The notes under the pieces were generated by a model that saw nothing but the letters and a program-made list of their open reading frames with translations, was not told the DNA's origin and made no database searches. The position numbers and the translations under genes are program-made. A stretch of 64,000 bases of DNA, from positions 992,001 through 1,056,000 of the forward strand of contig CP128816.1 of assembly GCA_051546255.1 (NCBI GenBank), given 5' to 3'. The stretch is from Meyerozyma guilliermondii (taxonomy: Eukaryota). This document shows, piece after piece, positions 1 to 9,515 of the stretch. Each line of letters starts with the position of its first letter. Position 1 is the stretch's first letter.

Positions 1-1383
1 AGTCATCGTCCATCTCAAGTTATCAAATCCCAAAAGCGACCTGAGCGCTCTATAAGGTCCATAATCATCCATTTCGTGGTTACGTCCGTCGGCACCATCA
101 TGCTGTGATTGCTGGTCAAGTTTGTGATTTATGATCTCTGTGATTTTTCTAGAGTTGGGAGATGTTAAAACGGCAGACTTTATCAAAGATTCCATCCTTG
201 TCAATACTCTGGGAACAAGCGACATATAAGTTGGCTTGAAGATTCTCAAATCCTCTAGTAGCAGCTCAAAGCTATCCCTGGCAGGCTTTTTTTTGTTCAC
301 CGTAAGCTGAGGAAACCCTAAATAGTATCCACTGGTAAAAGCAAAAGCACTGGTTTCCCGCTCGTATATGTGAGTCAAAGGAAGAAATATGAATGCCTTT
401 CCATCTTTGACCTGAGATATTCTGCTGGCTAAAAATGCCACAGCGGCAGCAGCGTTCCCCTGAGTCAATACTCCACCCTTGGGTTTCGAACCTGTGGTTC
501 CTGAAGTGAAAGATACCGTATACACTGTCTTTGGTGTAGGTGGAAGCTCCTTTAATCCAGAAGAGCTTCCGATTTTCTCCACCTCATTTATGCTGTGAAT
601 CGATACTTTGAGCTTTTCTGCTCTGGTCCGCAAACCAGGCAATTCGGCTCCAAAGTACTCGTCTAGCGGGTCCATACTGACTATGCTGATCAAACTCGCC
701 AACCCAGACAGCTTTTTTAAGGTTAACAAATGTTTCACCTGATCAGCAGAGCACACCACCACGGGACTTTCAGTAGACTCGAGAATGTAGCTTGTTACTT
801 CCAGTCCCAAAGTATCGTAAAGTGCAGTGTTCGTAAGTGAAAAGGCTGAACATGCCAAGTCGGTAAGAATCCACTCATAGCGATTTGGAGCGTAGATGGA
901 GACAATAAATGAACAATTGTCTTCTTGCTTGATTCCGTCTAAAGTTTGACCATACTTTTGGTAGTCTCTATAGTGGTTATCGATCTTTCTATGGCTAGCA
1001 GATTCCGTTTTGTATGGTGAATTCTGGAGCACCGACAAGATACCGGCACCCAAGTTTGTCTTTCTTTCGTTCACTTGCTTGTATGTCAAAGATTCGTAGA
1101 CATTGCTAGAATTTCCACTTCCATAATTGTATCGACGATACCCGAAACATGGCTGGTCACTATAGTGTTTAGCAGCGTTCTGGAAAAGTTTGTAGTGGGT
1201 GTTCAAGTCAGGGTGAATACACGAGTAGATCTCATTCGGAAACAATTTGTTCCGGTAAATCGGACTCAATGTGTCGTCCACTTCGGTACCACGAAGAGGC
1301 ACAGATTCATCAATGGCACTATCTGTGAATGGTAGCCGCTTCAACGCCTCGTGGGCGTCTATATGACTATCGAATATACTCAT
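1..1383 (-). CDS. FAA2: Long-chain fatty acyl-CoA synthetase (FAA2-like), 5' part; runs off the window start
   Basis: Not in the ORF track because there is no stop inside the window. Manual translation from ATG 1383 gives MSIFDSHIDAHEALKRLPF..., with the AMP-binding motif TVSFTSGTTGSKPKG (~475-525) and FIFLPLTHIYERE (~355-395). Confidence 0.85.
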   Translation of the reverse strand, partial: MSIFDSHIDAHEALKRLPFTDSAIDESVPLRGTEVDDTLSPIYRNKLFPNEIYSCIHPDLNTHYKLFQNAAKHYSDQPCFGYRRYNYGSGNSSNVYESLTYKQVNERKTNLGAGILSVLQNSPYKTESASHRKIDNHYRDYQKYGQTLDGIKQEDNCSFIVSIYAPNRYEWILTDLACSAFSLTNTALYDTLGLEVTSYILESTESPVVVCSADQVKHLLTLKKLSGLASLISIVSMDPLDEYFGAELPGLRTRAEKLKVSIHSINEVEKIGSSSGLKELPPTPKTVYTVSFTSGTTGSKPKGGVLTQGNAAAAVAFLASRISQVKDGKAFIFLPLTHIYERETSAFAFTSGYYLGFPQLTVNKKKPARDSFELLLEDLRIFKPTYMSLVPRVLTRMESLIKSAVLTSPNSRKITEIINHKLDQQSQHDGADGRNHEMDDYGPYRALRSLLGFDNLRWTMT

Positions 1384-1728
1384 GGTGGACAAAAATTTTG
1401 TCTGTTTAAATCCCATTGCTCGGAACGGAACTGGGTGGGGAAAGAATGCGGGGTGCTTTGTGTAAGGCACTGCTCGGGTAGATCCGCAATACAAACGTAA
1501 GGAAGAACGGAAGAAAACCTATGTGGAGCTTTTGATTCCAATGGCGAATTGTGCGATATGAGACCAAGCAGATTTGTTTTTCATATTTTCATTTGATTGG
1601 TTTGGTTCACTTGTCGCGACGGTTGAAGACGATTCATTTTAGACGAAATCAATTAGACGGTTTCATATTCACTGCTCAATTCCTCTTTTTCTATTAGCCA
1701 ATTAGCTAGCACTTCCCCTTTTTTTTGT

Positions 1729-2094
1729 CTACTTTCTCTTTCTCTCTAAACACTTGTTCAAATGCTGTGCAAACCGGCCTCCGGCTATCTTTCGTCCACA
1801 ATTATCACACTCAAAATAGCGGGAGGACTCGGCAGTTTTTAATTTCTGCTTGTCCTGACCATATATGTCTTTGCTGGAGGTGAGTTCCAGATTTATAAAT
1901 ACTCCTACGGGCTCCTTGGTGTTGGATATAGATTGAAGGCATCGATATCGAGACATCTTGTTCAACGTTTGCTGGCGAATGGCGTTCTCTATCATGTCTT
2001 GGAACACAGAATCGGCCTATATTAGTAAATAGAAGCATCTACGTGGCTCCGGAACACTTACAACATCGTCAAACGTCACAGATTGTTCTGTCAT
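1729..2094 (-). CDS. SGF11: SAGA deubiquitination module subunit Sgf11; two exons (2094-2062, 2016-1729)
   Basis: C-terminal zinc finger YFECDNCGRKIAGGRFAQHLNKCL. Splicing joins exon 1 (MTEQSVTFDDV) in frame to ADSVFQDMIEN. Confidence 0.9.
2017..2061 (-). other. 45-nt spliceosomal intron in SGF11
   Basis: GTAAGT 5' splice site at 2061 and TACTAAT branch point followed by ATAG ending at 2017. Removal restores the ATG start, while the unspliced frame ends at TAG. Confidence 0.85.
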
Positions 2095-2164
2095 AATTGC
2101 CTGTCTCAGGTTTCTGTCGCGAACATTTTTGGCGATCGCACCAATTTCGCGATGACTTGATTCA

Positions 2165-3442
2165 ATGCTGCAAGACCTCATCGATGAAGATGAAGATCAA
2201 CTACAAGATTGGAACTCGGTGCTAGGAGGAAAGTCCCTTCCGAAGCGGGGAGAAAAGGAATTTGGGCCCGATGGAACAGAAACACAATCTGATAATCTCA
2301 GCCATGCCAGAAATGCAATGTATCGTGCTCTTGAAACTCCTAGAGGACACTACTTAAAGCACAAATTGGAAGCCATATGGATGCCAGACCGCCAAATGGC
2401 CATTATTACTGCTGCTAAGGGAGGATACTTCAAGGATTTGGGCCGGCAAACAAGTTTTGGTCACCGACAGGTGATATGGCTCACTGGCGTGGAAGTCACC
2501 TATCTCGTAGAAAGAGGTTCTATGATGATATATTTGAACGATGGACAAGTCGAAGAGTACCTAGCAGGTCACGCTGACTCAATTGACTATGGAAAGCTTT
2601 TTCCCTTGAGTTTACAACACCTTTACAGTGTGGCTCTCACCGAGCCCGAATCGTTGGACAAGTACCTTGTTTACTCATATTTGAAGAGACATGGCTACCT
2701 TATCCAGGAGTTTAAGACTTTAACTGCTCCACAGTCAGAACAGCTTCAGCTGCAAAGAAAAACTCAGTTATGGGGACCATGTTCTTCATACGTAAAATCG
2801 TTCGTCCAAGGCACACACCTATTTGGAACATATCGACCTTTAAGCTTTCAAAATAAGCACATATTCAGCTACCTACTGGTTTATCGGGCTCTCAACATTG
2901 TTCCCGCTACCAGCTCTTATGACAGTTTGAGAACACTTTCGGACAGTAGCTACACTATCCACTTCAACGTCTGGAAACCACAGCCTAATTTCTCCAAGAA
3001 GAATCCACCACTACCAGACTTTCATGTTTCTGTCATTAATACCAAGAACAAGTCATTTCCTTCGTTGAAAGACATACAGCATTTGCATAACACACTCAAC
3101 CATACCATCTCCGAATCGATCAATCAGGAACCAGTTCAAATCAAGCAAACTTCAAATAAAAACCAAAGCGCTAAAAAACTACAAAGAGCACAAAAGGCCC
3201 AAGACAAGCTCTCCAAAATGAGTCTAGATGTACAGCGGAATGTCCAGTACCAAAAAGTACGCCTGAGCATGCTTAGGAACGGTCCCACTGGCAGGTCCAT
3301 AGTGCTTGCTACCATTGACGATGGCATCATTAATTTCATTACTTTGAGTGAAGCAGATTTCACATTGAGAGGAAATGCTGCTACAAAGCTCAACAGCATC
3401 AAGTACCTGGATTCTCATGGTATTATATACACAGGTACGTAA
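2165..3442 (+). CDS. SEN54: tRNA splicing endonuclease subunit Sen54
   Basis: N-terminal LPKRGEKEFGPDGT, KGGYFKDLG, EVTYLVERGSM, YLVYSYLKRHGY and FNVWKPQPNFSKKNPPLPDF motifs are typical of Sen54. Confidence 0.9.
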   Translation: MLQDLIDEDEDQLQDWNSVLGGKSLPKRGEKEFGPDGTETQSDNLSHARNAMYRALETPRGHYLKHKLEAIWMPDRQMAIITAAKGGYFKDLGRQTSFGHRQVIWLTGVEVTYLVERGSMMIYLNDGQVEEYLAGHADSIDYGKLFPLSLQHLYSVALTEPESLDKYLVYSYLKRHGYLIQEFKTLTAPQSEQLQLQRKTQLWGPCSSYVKSFVQGTHLFGTYRPLSFQNKHIFSYLLVYRALNIVPATSSYDSLRTLSDSSYTIHFNVWKPQPNFSKKNPPLPDFHVSVINTKNKSFPSLKDIQHLHNTLNHTISESINQEPVQIKQTSNKNQSAKKLQRAQKAQDKLSKMSLDVQRNVQYQKVRLSMLRNGPTGRSIVLATIDDGIINFITLSEADFTLRGNAATKLNSIKYLDSHGIIYTGT

Positions 3443-3446
3443 TAAA

Positions 3447-4694
3447 CTACCGTTTCGTCCACCTGAGTTTGTTTGTCATTAATGAACTCTGCTCCCTTAT
3501 GTCACTGAAGTAGTCAACGCATTCTTTCGACGCTTCTTTGTCAACTACCGGAGTCATAGAACAGTGTGCTAGTAACCTGTTTAGCCATGCATCGGCATCA
3601 GCCGCATTGATGCGATAATATAAAGCAAAGAATCGGTCGAATTGCTTCGCCATGAACTCTATCACCTGTGCCTCATCGGTAATCTTATACAACGAGCTGT
3701 TTGAAAGCGAGATTTTGTAGTTGTTCAAACTGAAAAGTCGAGAGAGGAGCTTGCTTCGTTCAGTCACCACTGCTTTAAGAGACTCGTTATCAAAAAGAAA
3801 CTTGTCCAAGACAATCGGTGAGTCGCCGTTATCACGGGTTATAGCACTCGCACGAGTGAGGACCTCGAAGAGAAGTTTACCCTCCAACTCATACGCCAGC
3901 ATTATGTTGTGTAAAAGGGCGATAGGTATGACTTGATTACCGTTCAATTTTTGATACCGAGTGATGAAACTTTTGAGAAATCCCTCGTCATTTGGGAGGA
4001 AACTCAATATGTTGTACTTTCCCTTGTTATTGAGAGCTTTTCCAATGGTAAATGGATTATCGATGTCAAATTTGTGTGGTTGTGGAAGCTTGATATCAGG
4101 AAACAAGTGAGTATCACGCTTTGACGATGGAGGAGTGCTAAACTCTTTTGTAACGTATCTTATATCTTTGTATAGGCGTCTCAAGCAGTGTGACTTATCC
4201 TCAAGAAAGTACAGTGCAATTGCCTGGTAGCGACCGAGGGTATTGTTTCGGTTAATGTATGGTCTTTGAAAAAAAGAGTTTTCCATGTTCATGTATGATT
4301 CGGAAGCTCGCTTGTGGAGTGCGTTGTATGATGTCTGGGGATCTTTGTGTTCATAACGAAAGAATTCTCGATCGTTCATATGTCGTATTAAAGCATAGTC
4401 AAACAAACTTTTTCCTAAAAGCTCGTAAGCGGGATCTATACTTGTTTCATCCTTTTTAGGTACAATCCTGGCGGGCGCTTTATCCGAATTAGATTCAGCA
4501 TCGTGTAAAATAGACAAGATTTTCTCCATAGTTTGGATGGAGGAATAGTCTGGAGGATCCACTATATCATTCGATACATTCTTGGAGCTGGAAAATGGTT
4601 TCTTGTATGAGTATAAGCGAGCAGAAATGAATATGGCGGGTGAAATGACGGGTGAATGGCCTAGAGGCCCTCTTGCCCAAAAAATGGGTCTCAT
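3447..4694 (-). CDS. Uncharacterised protein with a probable mitochondrial presequence and degenerate RNase III-like motifs
   Basis: 415-codon ORF from ATG 4694 (the track starts further upstream, inside UPF3). The N-terminus MRPIFWARGPLGHSPVISPAIFISARLYS is Arg/Ser-rich and acid-free. See findings. Confidence 0.7.
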   Translation of the reverse strand: MRPIFWARGPLGHSPVISPAIFISARLYSYKKPFSSSKNVSNDIVDPPDYSSIQTMEKILSILHDAESNSDKAPARIVPKKDETSIDPAYELLGKSLFDYALIRHMNDREFFRYEHKDPQTSYNALHKRASESYMNMENSFFQRPYINRNNTLGRYQAIALYFLEDKSHCLRRLYKDIRYVTKEFSTPPSSKRDTHLFPDIKLPQPHKFDIDNPFTIGKALNNKGKYNILSFLPNDEGFLKSFITRYQKLNGNQVIPIALLHNIMLAYELEGKLLFEVLTRASAITRDNGDSPIVLDKFLFDNESLKAVVTERSKLLSRLFSLNNYKISLSNSSLYKITDEAQVIEFMAKQFDRFFALYYRINAADADAWLNRLLAHCSMTPVVDKEASKECVDYFSDIREQSSLMTNKLRWTKR

Positions 4695-4764
4695 ATATCC
4701 TTCACAATTCTCAGTGGTGAGACTTGAGCATATTATAACCTGCAGGATGAAAAAGAGGAAGAGT

Positions 4765-5697
4765 TCAGGAAGTAGCATTGGTTGGTTGAGTTTGCGACCC
4801 AGCAGGTCCTTGTGGGTTCGATGGAGAGCTTGCGGGTGGTTTACCCTTTGGCTTCTTTTTGGGTGGTTTTGGTTTTTTTTTCTGGTTAATTTTGGGTGCT
4901 TTTACATCGTTCTCACCTTTATGAGAATTCTGGTTGGATTGTTGGCCGGATTGCTCACCAGAAACCAGGTCTTTGTTGGGTTGCGGTGCTTTGTTTCCTT
5001 GCTTAGCAGTTCCTGGAGCATTTTGAGGAGCCTTGGGTTTCTTTTTCTTCTTCTTTTTCTCGACAATTTTTGGATCGTTAGGTTCTTTCAGTACATCTTT
5101 GTCTTTTGGAGTTTTTGGTTTCTTGGATTTCTTTTTGGGCTTCTTGGTGGTTTCCTTTGTATCCTTGTCCTTCTCGGAGCTCTTATTTTTAGCCTTTTGG
5201 TCGGTGTTTTGGTTTTTAGCTTTGGGTTTCTTTTGCTTCTTGGGTGCTTTAAACAGATACGACTCAGTCTTTCCATCCAAAAACGCCACAAACCGCTGAA
5301 ACTGTGCAAGCTGCTCAATTGTCTTCTTCTTCTTCCTCTCCTTGAGTATCGTTCGAGGAACAGCAGCATACTCTTTATTCTCGTACAATGCCTTTCCTAT
5401 TATTGGAACACTTGCACCGTTCAGTTCCCCGTCTGAAAAAGCCTTTGCACGCAACTCCGCTTGTACCTTGGTTGCCGTATCGGCGTCTGGAACCACAAAA
5501 TACGCTCTGGAGTACGTAGGGAGTTCATATGGCTTTTCTGGATACGCTCCAGCCACATAATAGTAGTTGTTCACAAGATGCCATTGGGTAGTATATTGGG
5601 TGATTTGGGCCTCAAACTGGTCCTGGGTTAACCCTGGGGGAAGCAAACGTATTACGAGACGCACGGCTTCCGTGTGCTTGTTTGAGGGTGAACTCAT
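4765..5697 (-). CDS. UPF3: Nonsense-mediated decay factor Upf3 (Smg4/UPF3 RRM-like domain, Lys-rich tail)
   Basis: RLVIRLLPPGLTQDQF...YYYVAG...PTYSRAYF is the Upf3 N-terminal domain signature. First ATG is at 5697. Confidence 0.88.
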   Translation of the reverse strand: MSSPSNKHTEAVRLVIRLLPPGLTQDQFEAQITQYTTQWHLVNNYYYVAGAYPEKPYELPTYSRAYFVVPDADTATKVQAELRAKAFSDGELNGASVPIIGKALYENKEYAAVPRTILKERKKKKTIEQLAQFQRFVAFLDGKTESYLFKAPKKQKKPKAKNQNTDQKAKNKSSEKDKDTKETTKKPKKKSKKPKTPKDKDVLKEPNDPKIVEKKKKKKKPKAPQNAPGTAKQGNKAPQPNKDLVSGEQSGQQSNQNSHKGENDVKAPKINQKKKPKPPKKKPKGKPPASSPSNPQGPAGSQTQPTNATS

Positions 5698-5771
5698 TTT
5701 CACAAGTGTCTGCAGCTATCGCAAAACGCACTTGAGTTGAAAATTGAGATGCGAACTTCTTTCTTAGCACT

Positions 5772-7166
5772 ATGGATCCTCTCAATGACTTTCTCTTTGA
5801 GGTGGAACGAAGCCTTAAGGGCTCGCCAGAACTGGTTCTGGTGCATTTGGCTCGACTATTGACCCCGCTGGTGACCAACAAACAGATTATCAACTTGAAT
5901 AATCTTCCTCAATTGGCGTCCGATCGATACAATCAGGCTGTAGATTCACGGCATTTTTACAACAACGAGTGGCTAGCGTTCAACGAAGTGGTGTGTTCGT
6001 TCGTAAGACTTGGAAACCAGCTTAACCCCTGGTCGGCTTTGGATTCTTTTGATCTATATTCTGGGTTTATCAACGACTTACTGGTGGCCTTCAACAATAA
6101 TGTCAGGGGCCATCTTTTGACTAATCTTGTTCGAGAAACCATATCAATTGTCGTTCCTATGGCTACTAGGCTCGACAGGCAGATGTACTACAAGGAAAAC
6201 TGTGCCAATCCTCGGTTGACATACCTAGCTTCGGTGCTCTTGCGAATCTTCAATAATATCAGATCGCAGCTTTCGGCAGATCCACACGATAATTCTCCCA
6301 AACGACAAATCATTTTGCTGGTGGGCGTAACGCTATGTCAAGTTTACTTTAAGCTAGGAAACCCGCTTCTTTGTCGCAATATTTTCTCCAACATGAACAA
6401 TGCTGGACTTCGATTCAGTCGCTATTCGGTTGCAGAACAGGTTCAATATCGCTTCTACCTCAGTCGGTTCTACCTCATCAAGGACCAACTTCCTGATGCC
6501 TACGTGCACCTCATGTGGTGCTATGAAACATGTGCCGCTGCAACTTCGGTGTTGGGTGAGAAACTCAACTCACATCTTACCGTCATCCTCAAGTATTTGT
6601 TAGTGGTGGGAATGATGATAGGTAAAAATCCCAGTTTCAACACAATATCCCAAACCATCTATAATGGAAACAGTCCACCATTCCTCACCATATACAACGA
6701 GATCTCGCTCCAAATCAAAGCTGGAAATTATACACAACTCGTCGCTGTGATTTCGCAACCTCAATGCTATGAGTTTCTCCACAAAAATGGGCTCCTTTTG
6801 CTTGTGGTCAACAAAGCCAAACTCATAACCGTTCGCAACCTACTCAAAAGAATCTGGCTACTTTCTGGAAAACCTACAAGATTGAATTACTCTTCCGTCA
6901 GAGCAGGACTTCAGGTTTCAATCAATGTCAATGCTCCACTTGACATGTACAAATTAATCAGTGGCGTCGACGATACAACCATAGAAAACGTGTTGGTGAC
7001 TCTTATTGACCAAAACATGCTCAAGGGCAAAATAGCGTCTGTGGCTAGAGCCGTTTCTCTTAGTAAGTCTGAAACGTTTCCTACCATCTCGGAGATTAAC
7101 TTCCGGCGGTTTGGAAATGGCGCCTCAACGGCGCTAAACAAGGAGGATCAATGGATGCTCACGTAA
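5772..7166 (+). CDS. THP1: PCI-domain TREX-2 mRNA export subunit Thp1 (Thp1/Csn12/PCID2 family)
   Basis: NPWSALDSFDL, LASVLLRIFNNIR, YFKLGNPLLCRNIFSNM, QVQYRFYLSRFYL and the C-terminal winged helix ENVLVTLIDQNMLKGKI match Thp1. Confidence 0.8.
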   Translation: MDPLNDFLFEVERSLKGSPELVLVHLARLLTPLVTNKQIINLNNLPQLASDRYNQAVDSRHFYNNEWLAFNEVVCSFVRLGNQLNPWSALDSFDLYSGFINDLLVAFNNNVRGHLLTNLVRETISIVVPMATRLDRQMYYKENCANPRLTYLASVLLRIFNNIRSQLSADPHDNSPKRQIILLVGVTLCQVYFKLGNPLLCRNIFSNMNNAGLRFSRYSVAEQVQYRFYLSRFYLIKDQLPDAYVHLMWCYETCAAATSVLGEKLNSHLTVILKYLLVVGMMIGKNPSFNTISQTIYNGNSPPFLTIYNEISLQIKAGNYTQLVAVISQPQCYEFLHKNGLLLLVVNKAKLITVRNLLKRIWLLSGKPTRLNYSSVRAGLQVSINVNAPLDMYKLISGVDDTTIENVLVTLIDQNMLKGKIASVARAVSLSKSETFPTISEINFRRFGNGASTALNKEDQWMLT

Positions 7167-7607
7167 CACTGGAGTGAACGAGTGAACTGAACTGAAGTGA
7201 AAAGAACAGAAAGTGGTCGTCATGTTTCATTGGTAGTGTTCATTGGTATTGTCATTTGCACCCTTCCTGTTGCGCAACTGTGTGTTAGTTTATGCAGGTG
7301 TTGGGCGGTAGGTCTTGGCACCTTAGAATGCCGGTCATCCGGTGCTGCAAAATATCCTGGCTCCCAATCCAAACCGGCAATAATGTTCTAAACTGTACAT
7401 AATGCGCGGTGGTGGTTAGTTTTTTTCCGCTTATGCGGTACTTATTTCCAGGCTAGAATCGCTAAGGGCATCGCCTCGTGACGTCTGTGCGGCATTCGGC
7501 GCGCAGCTGTGGCACACAAAATCCGGGGTATATAGGAGGGGTACCACTACACGAAAACAAAGAATATTTAATCCCCAACTTTCTGTGTTTTATCCCTGAG
7601 TTGTGCT

Positions 7608-9281
7608 ATGCTGCTGTTGAACCTGTTACCCACCAACGTTCTCGAGCGTATCATTGGTGAGTTGGGCCAAAGTGACAAGGTCCGTTTGGGTGCAACTTGT
7701 TCAGAAATTCTTCATTTGGTCAACTGTCAGTTGTACTACAAAATCTTGATTATTTCCCGATACGAGTCTCCAGGTGCCAGGCTGTACTCTAACTGTTCTA
7801 CGCTCGATGTTGAACGCCTTTCACAGTTTGTTCAGGGTTTAACCACACACAATTTCAACTACATTGACAAGATTCTGATTCATGCTCAATCAAATCTTAT
7901 TGAGTACGATTACGCTCCTCTTTACGAGAAGATTCTGAGGTTGTGGGATAGACTGAACCACAAGATCTACTTTTCCAATTATGACATCCAGAACTTGCGC
8001 AGACGTGAATCGCTTACTACCTATGCTTTGCAAAAATCCACAACTTATGTGGAAAACGAGGAAGAACAATTTTGCGAGCACCGCATGAGTCAGAGGGTCC
8101 CAAAGGTAAATAATTTGAAAAGTTGGGTTGCTCTCGATGTTCAGGAACTAATGGAGCTTCCGTTCAATCCTAATCTTGTTAGCTTGAATGTGTTTATCGA
8201 GCGCAGGATGTTGTCTCCGCCTTCATCAGTCGACACAAGATCACTTTTCCGCAATCTTTTGCAACTCCGCTCACTTTATTTGAGCCTGCCTACCTCGACC
8301 TATGCTTTTTTTAGACTATTAGAACGCGGCCCTAGATTGGAGAATCTTCATCAACTATCGATTTCCAATTCTCACACCCTCAAGAATAGCACCATCTTGA
8401 CGTTCGGTGGTCTCAATCGCATTTTCAACCTCAATGGCCTTCAAGCTTTGGAATTGAAGGTTAATTGTGTGCATGAGTTCTGTGGGTCCCAGTGCATCCC
8501 AGCTATCTTTGCTGACTGGGCAGCATATAACAGAATGACGGGCGAAACTCCTAGCTTGAAGAAACTTGCGGTGATAAATTTCAAATCTTGCAACACGAAA
8601 AAGAATATCCAGGAGTTTGGGAACCTAGTGACTACTTCTTTATTTTCACCCAACTTTGAAAACTTGGAAGAATTGTATTTGAACATCGAAGACTACCAAA
8701 ACCTTACCCTTTCCGAAACATCTACCAGGTTTGACTTCTCCAAGTTTGCAGCCGGTTTGAACCAGCATTATAATTTAAAGAAGTTGATCATTCCAGACTT
8801 TTTCAACGCCTGGATTTCTGCCATTCCATCCATTTTAAAGCTCGATTGCAACTTCTTTGATGCTTTGGTAAACCAATGCCATTGCTCCCAATGTCATGAA
8901 ACGAGGTGTATGTTCTTGGCAATGGCCAAGTCTGATGCTCGAAACCATTATACTCATGATTTCCTGGCACTTGCATACGATCATGACGGAGGTGAGATTT
9001 ACATTGACACTATCAAGGATGAAAACCTCAAGTTTCTCAACTACTTGGTACTTATCTTACAGCGCCAATTCGTGTACTTGCACCAAAACCTCTTTTCAAT
9101 CAACTCCATACTTCAAGCCTCTGATGAGCCTTTTGTCGTGGATGAGTCGCTCGTGCCATTCAACCAGTTATTCCATCATTCGTGCCTTGACAAACTCATG
9201 GGTATCGTTCAAAAGTACAGCGATGTGAAGTCTGTTAATTTGGGAGGCATCCCCATCGACCTTACAAAGGTTGCTAATTAG
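7608..9281 (+). CDS. F-box-like / LRR-like protein (possibly ROY1/YMR258C-like)
   Basis: F-box-like N-terminus LPTNVLERIIGELGQSDKVRLGATCSEILHLVNCQLY, Leu-rich repeats such as LENLHQLSI and FENLEELYL, and a CHCSQC motif. Confidence 0.6.
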   Translation: MLLLNLLPTNVLERIIGELGQSDKVRLGATCSEILHLVNCQLYYKILIISRYESPGARLYSNCSTLDVERLSQFVQGLTTHNFNYIDKILIHAQSNLIEYDYAPLYEKILRLWDRLNHKIYFSNYDIQNLRRRESLTTYALQKSTTYVENEEEQFCEHRMSQRVPKVNNLKSWVALDVQELMELPFNPNLVSLNVFIERRMLSPPSSVDTRSLFRNLLQLRSLYLSLPTSTYAFFRLLERGPRLENLHQLSISNSHTLKNSTILTFGGLNRIFNLNGLQALELKVNCVHEFCGSQCIPAIFADWAAYNRMTGETPSLKKLAVINFKSCNTKKNIQEFGNLVTTSLFSPNFENLEELYLNIEDYQNLTLSETSTRFDFSKFAAGLNQHYNLKKLIIPDFFNAWISAIPSILKLDCNFFDALVNQCHCSQCHETRCMFLAMAKSDARNHYTHDFLALAYDHDGGEIYIDTIKDENLKFLNYLVLILQRQFVYLHQNLFSINSILQASDEPFVVDESLVPFNQLFHHSCLDKLMGIVQKYSDVKSVNLGGIPIDLTKVAN

Positions 9282-9390
9282 AAAACCTAGAATTGCATCT
9301 GCACTAGAATTGCATTATTCTGCACTAATCACTGCATTGACCAATTGCTACCAATTGATCTAAAAATCGCATGAATCAACTGCAATCATT

Positions 9391-9436
9391 GCTTATCGTA
9401 TACGCTTATCGCATACTGCTTATCGTATACTTATCA
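9391..9436. repeat. Tandem ~13-nt repeat GCTTATCGYATAC carrying four CTTATC (GATAAG) motifs
   Basis: gcttatcgtatac gcttatcgcatact gcttatcgtata cttatcat, read directly. Confidence 0.8.
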
Positions 9437-9515
9437 TATATTGCTATATCGTCTAATGCCCTATTGTCTTTTTTCGCACGCGATGCTTTCGCAATTGTGG
9501 GGAGCTCAAACAAGT

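Noticed and set aside
4582..5436. 284-aa hydrophobic + strand ORF that looks like a membrane protein
   Set aside because: Antisense shadow of the Lys/Pro-rich UPF3 tail; AAR codons read as Phe/Leu on the opposite strand.
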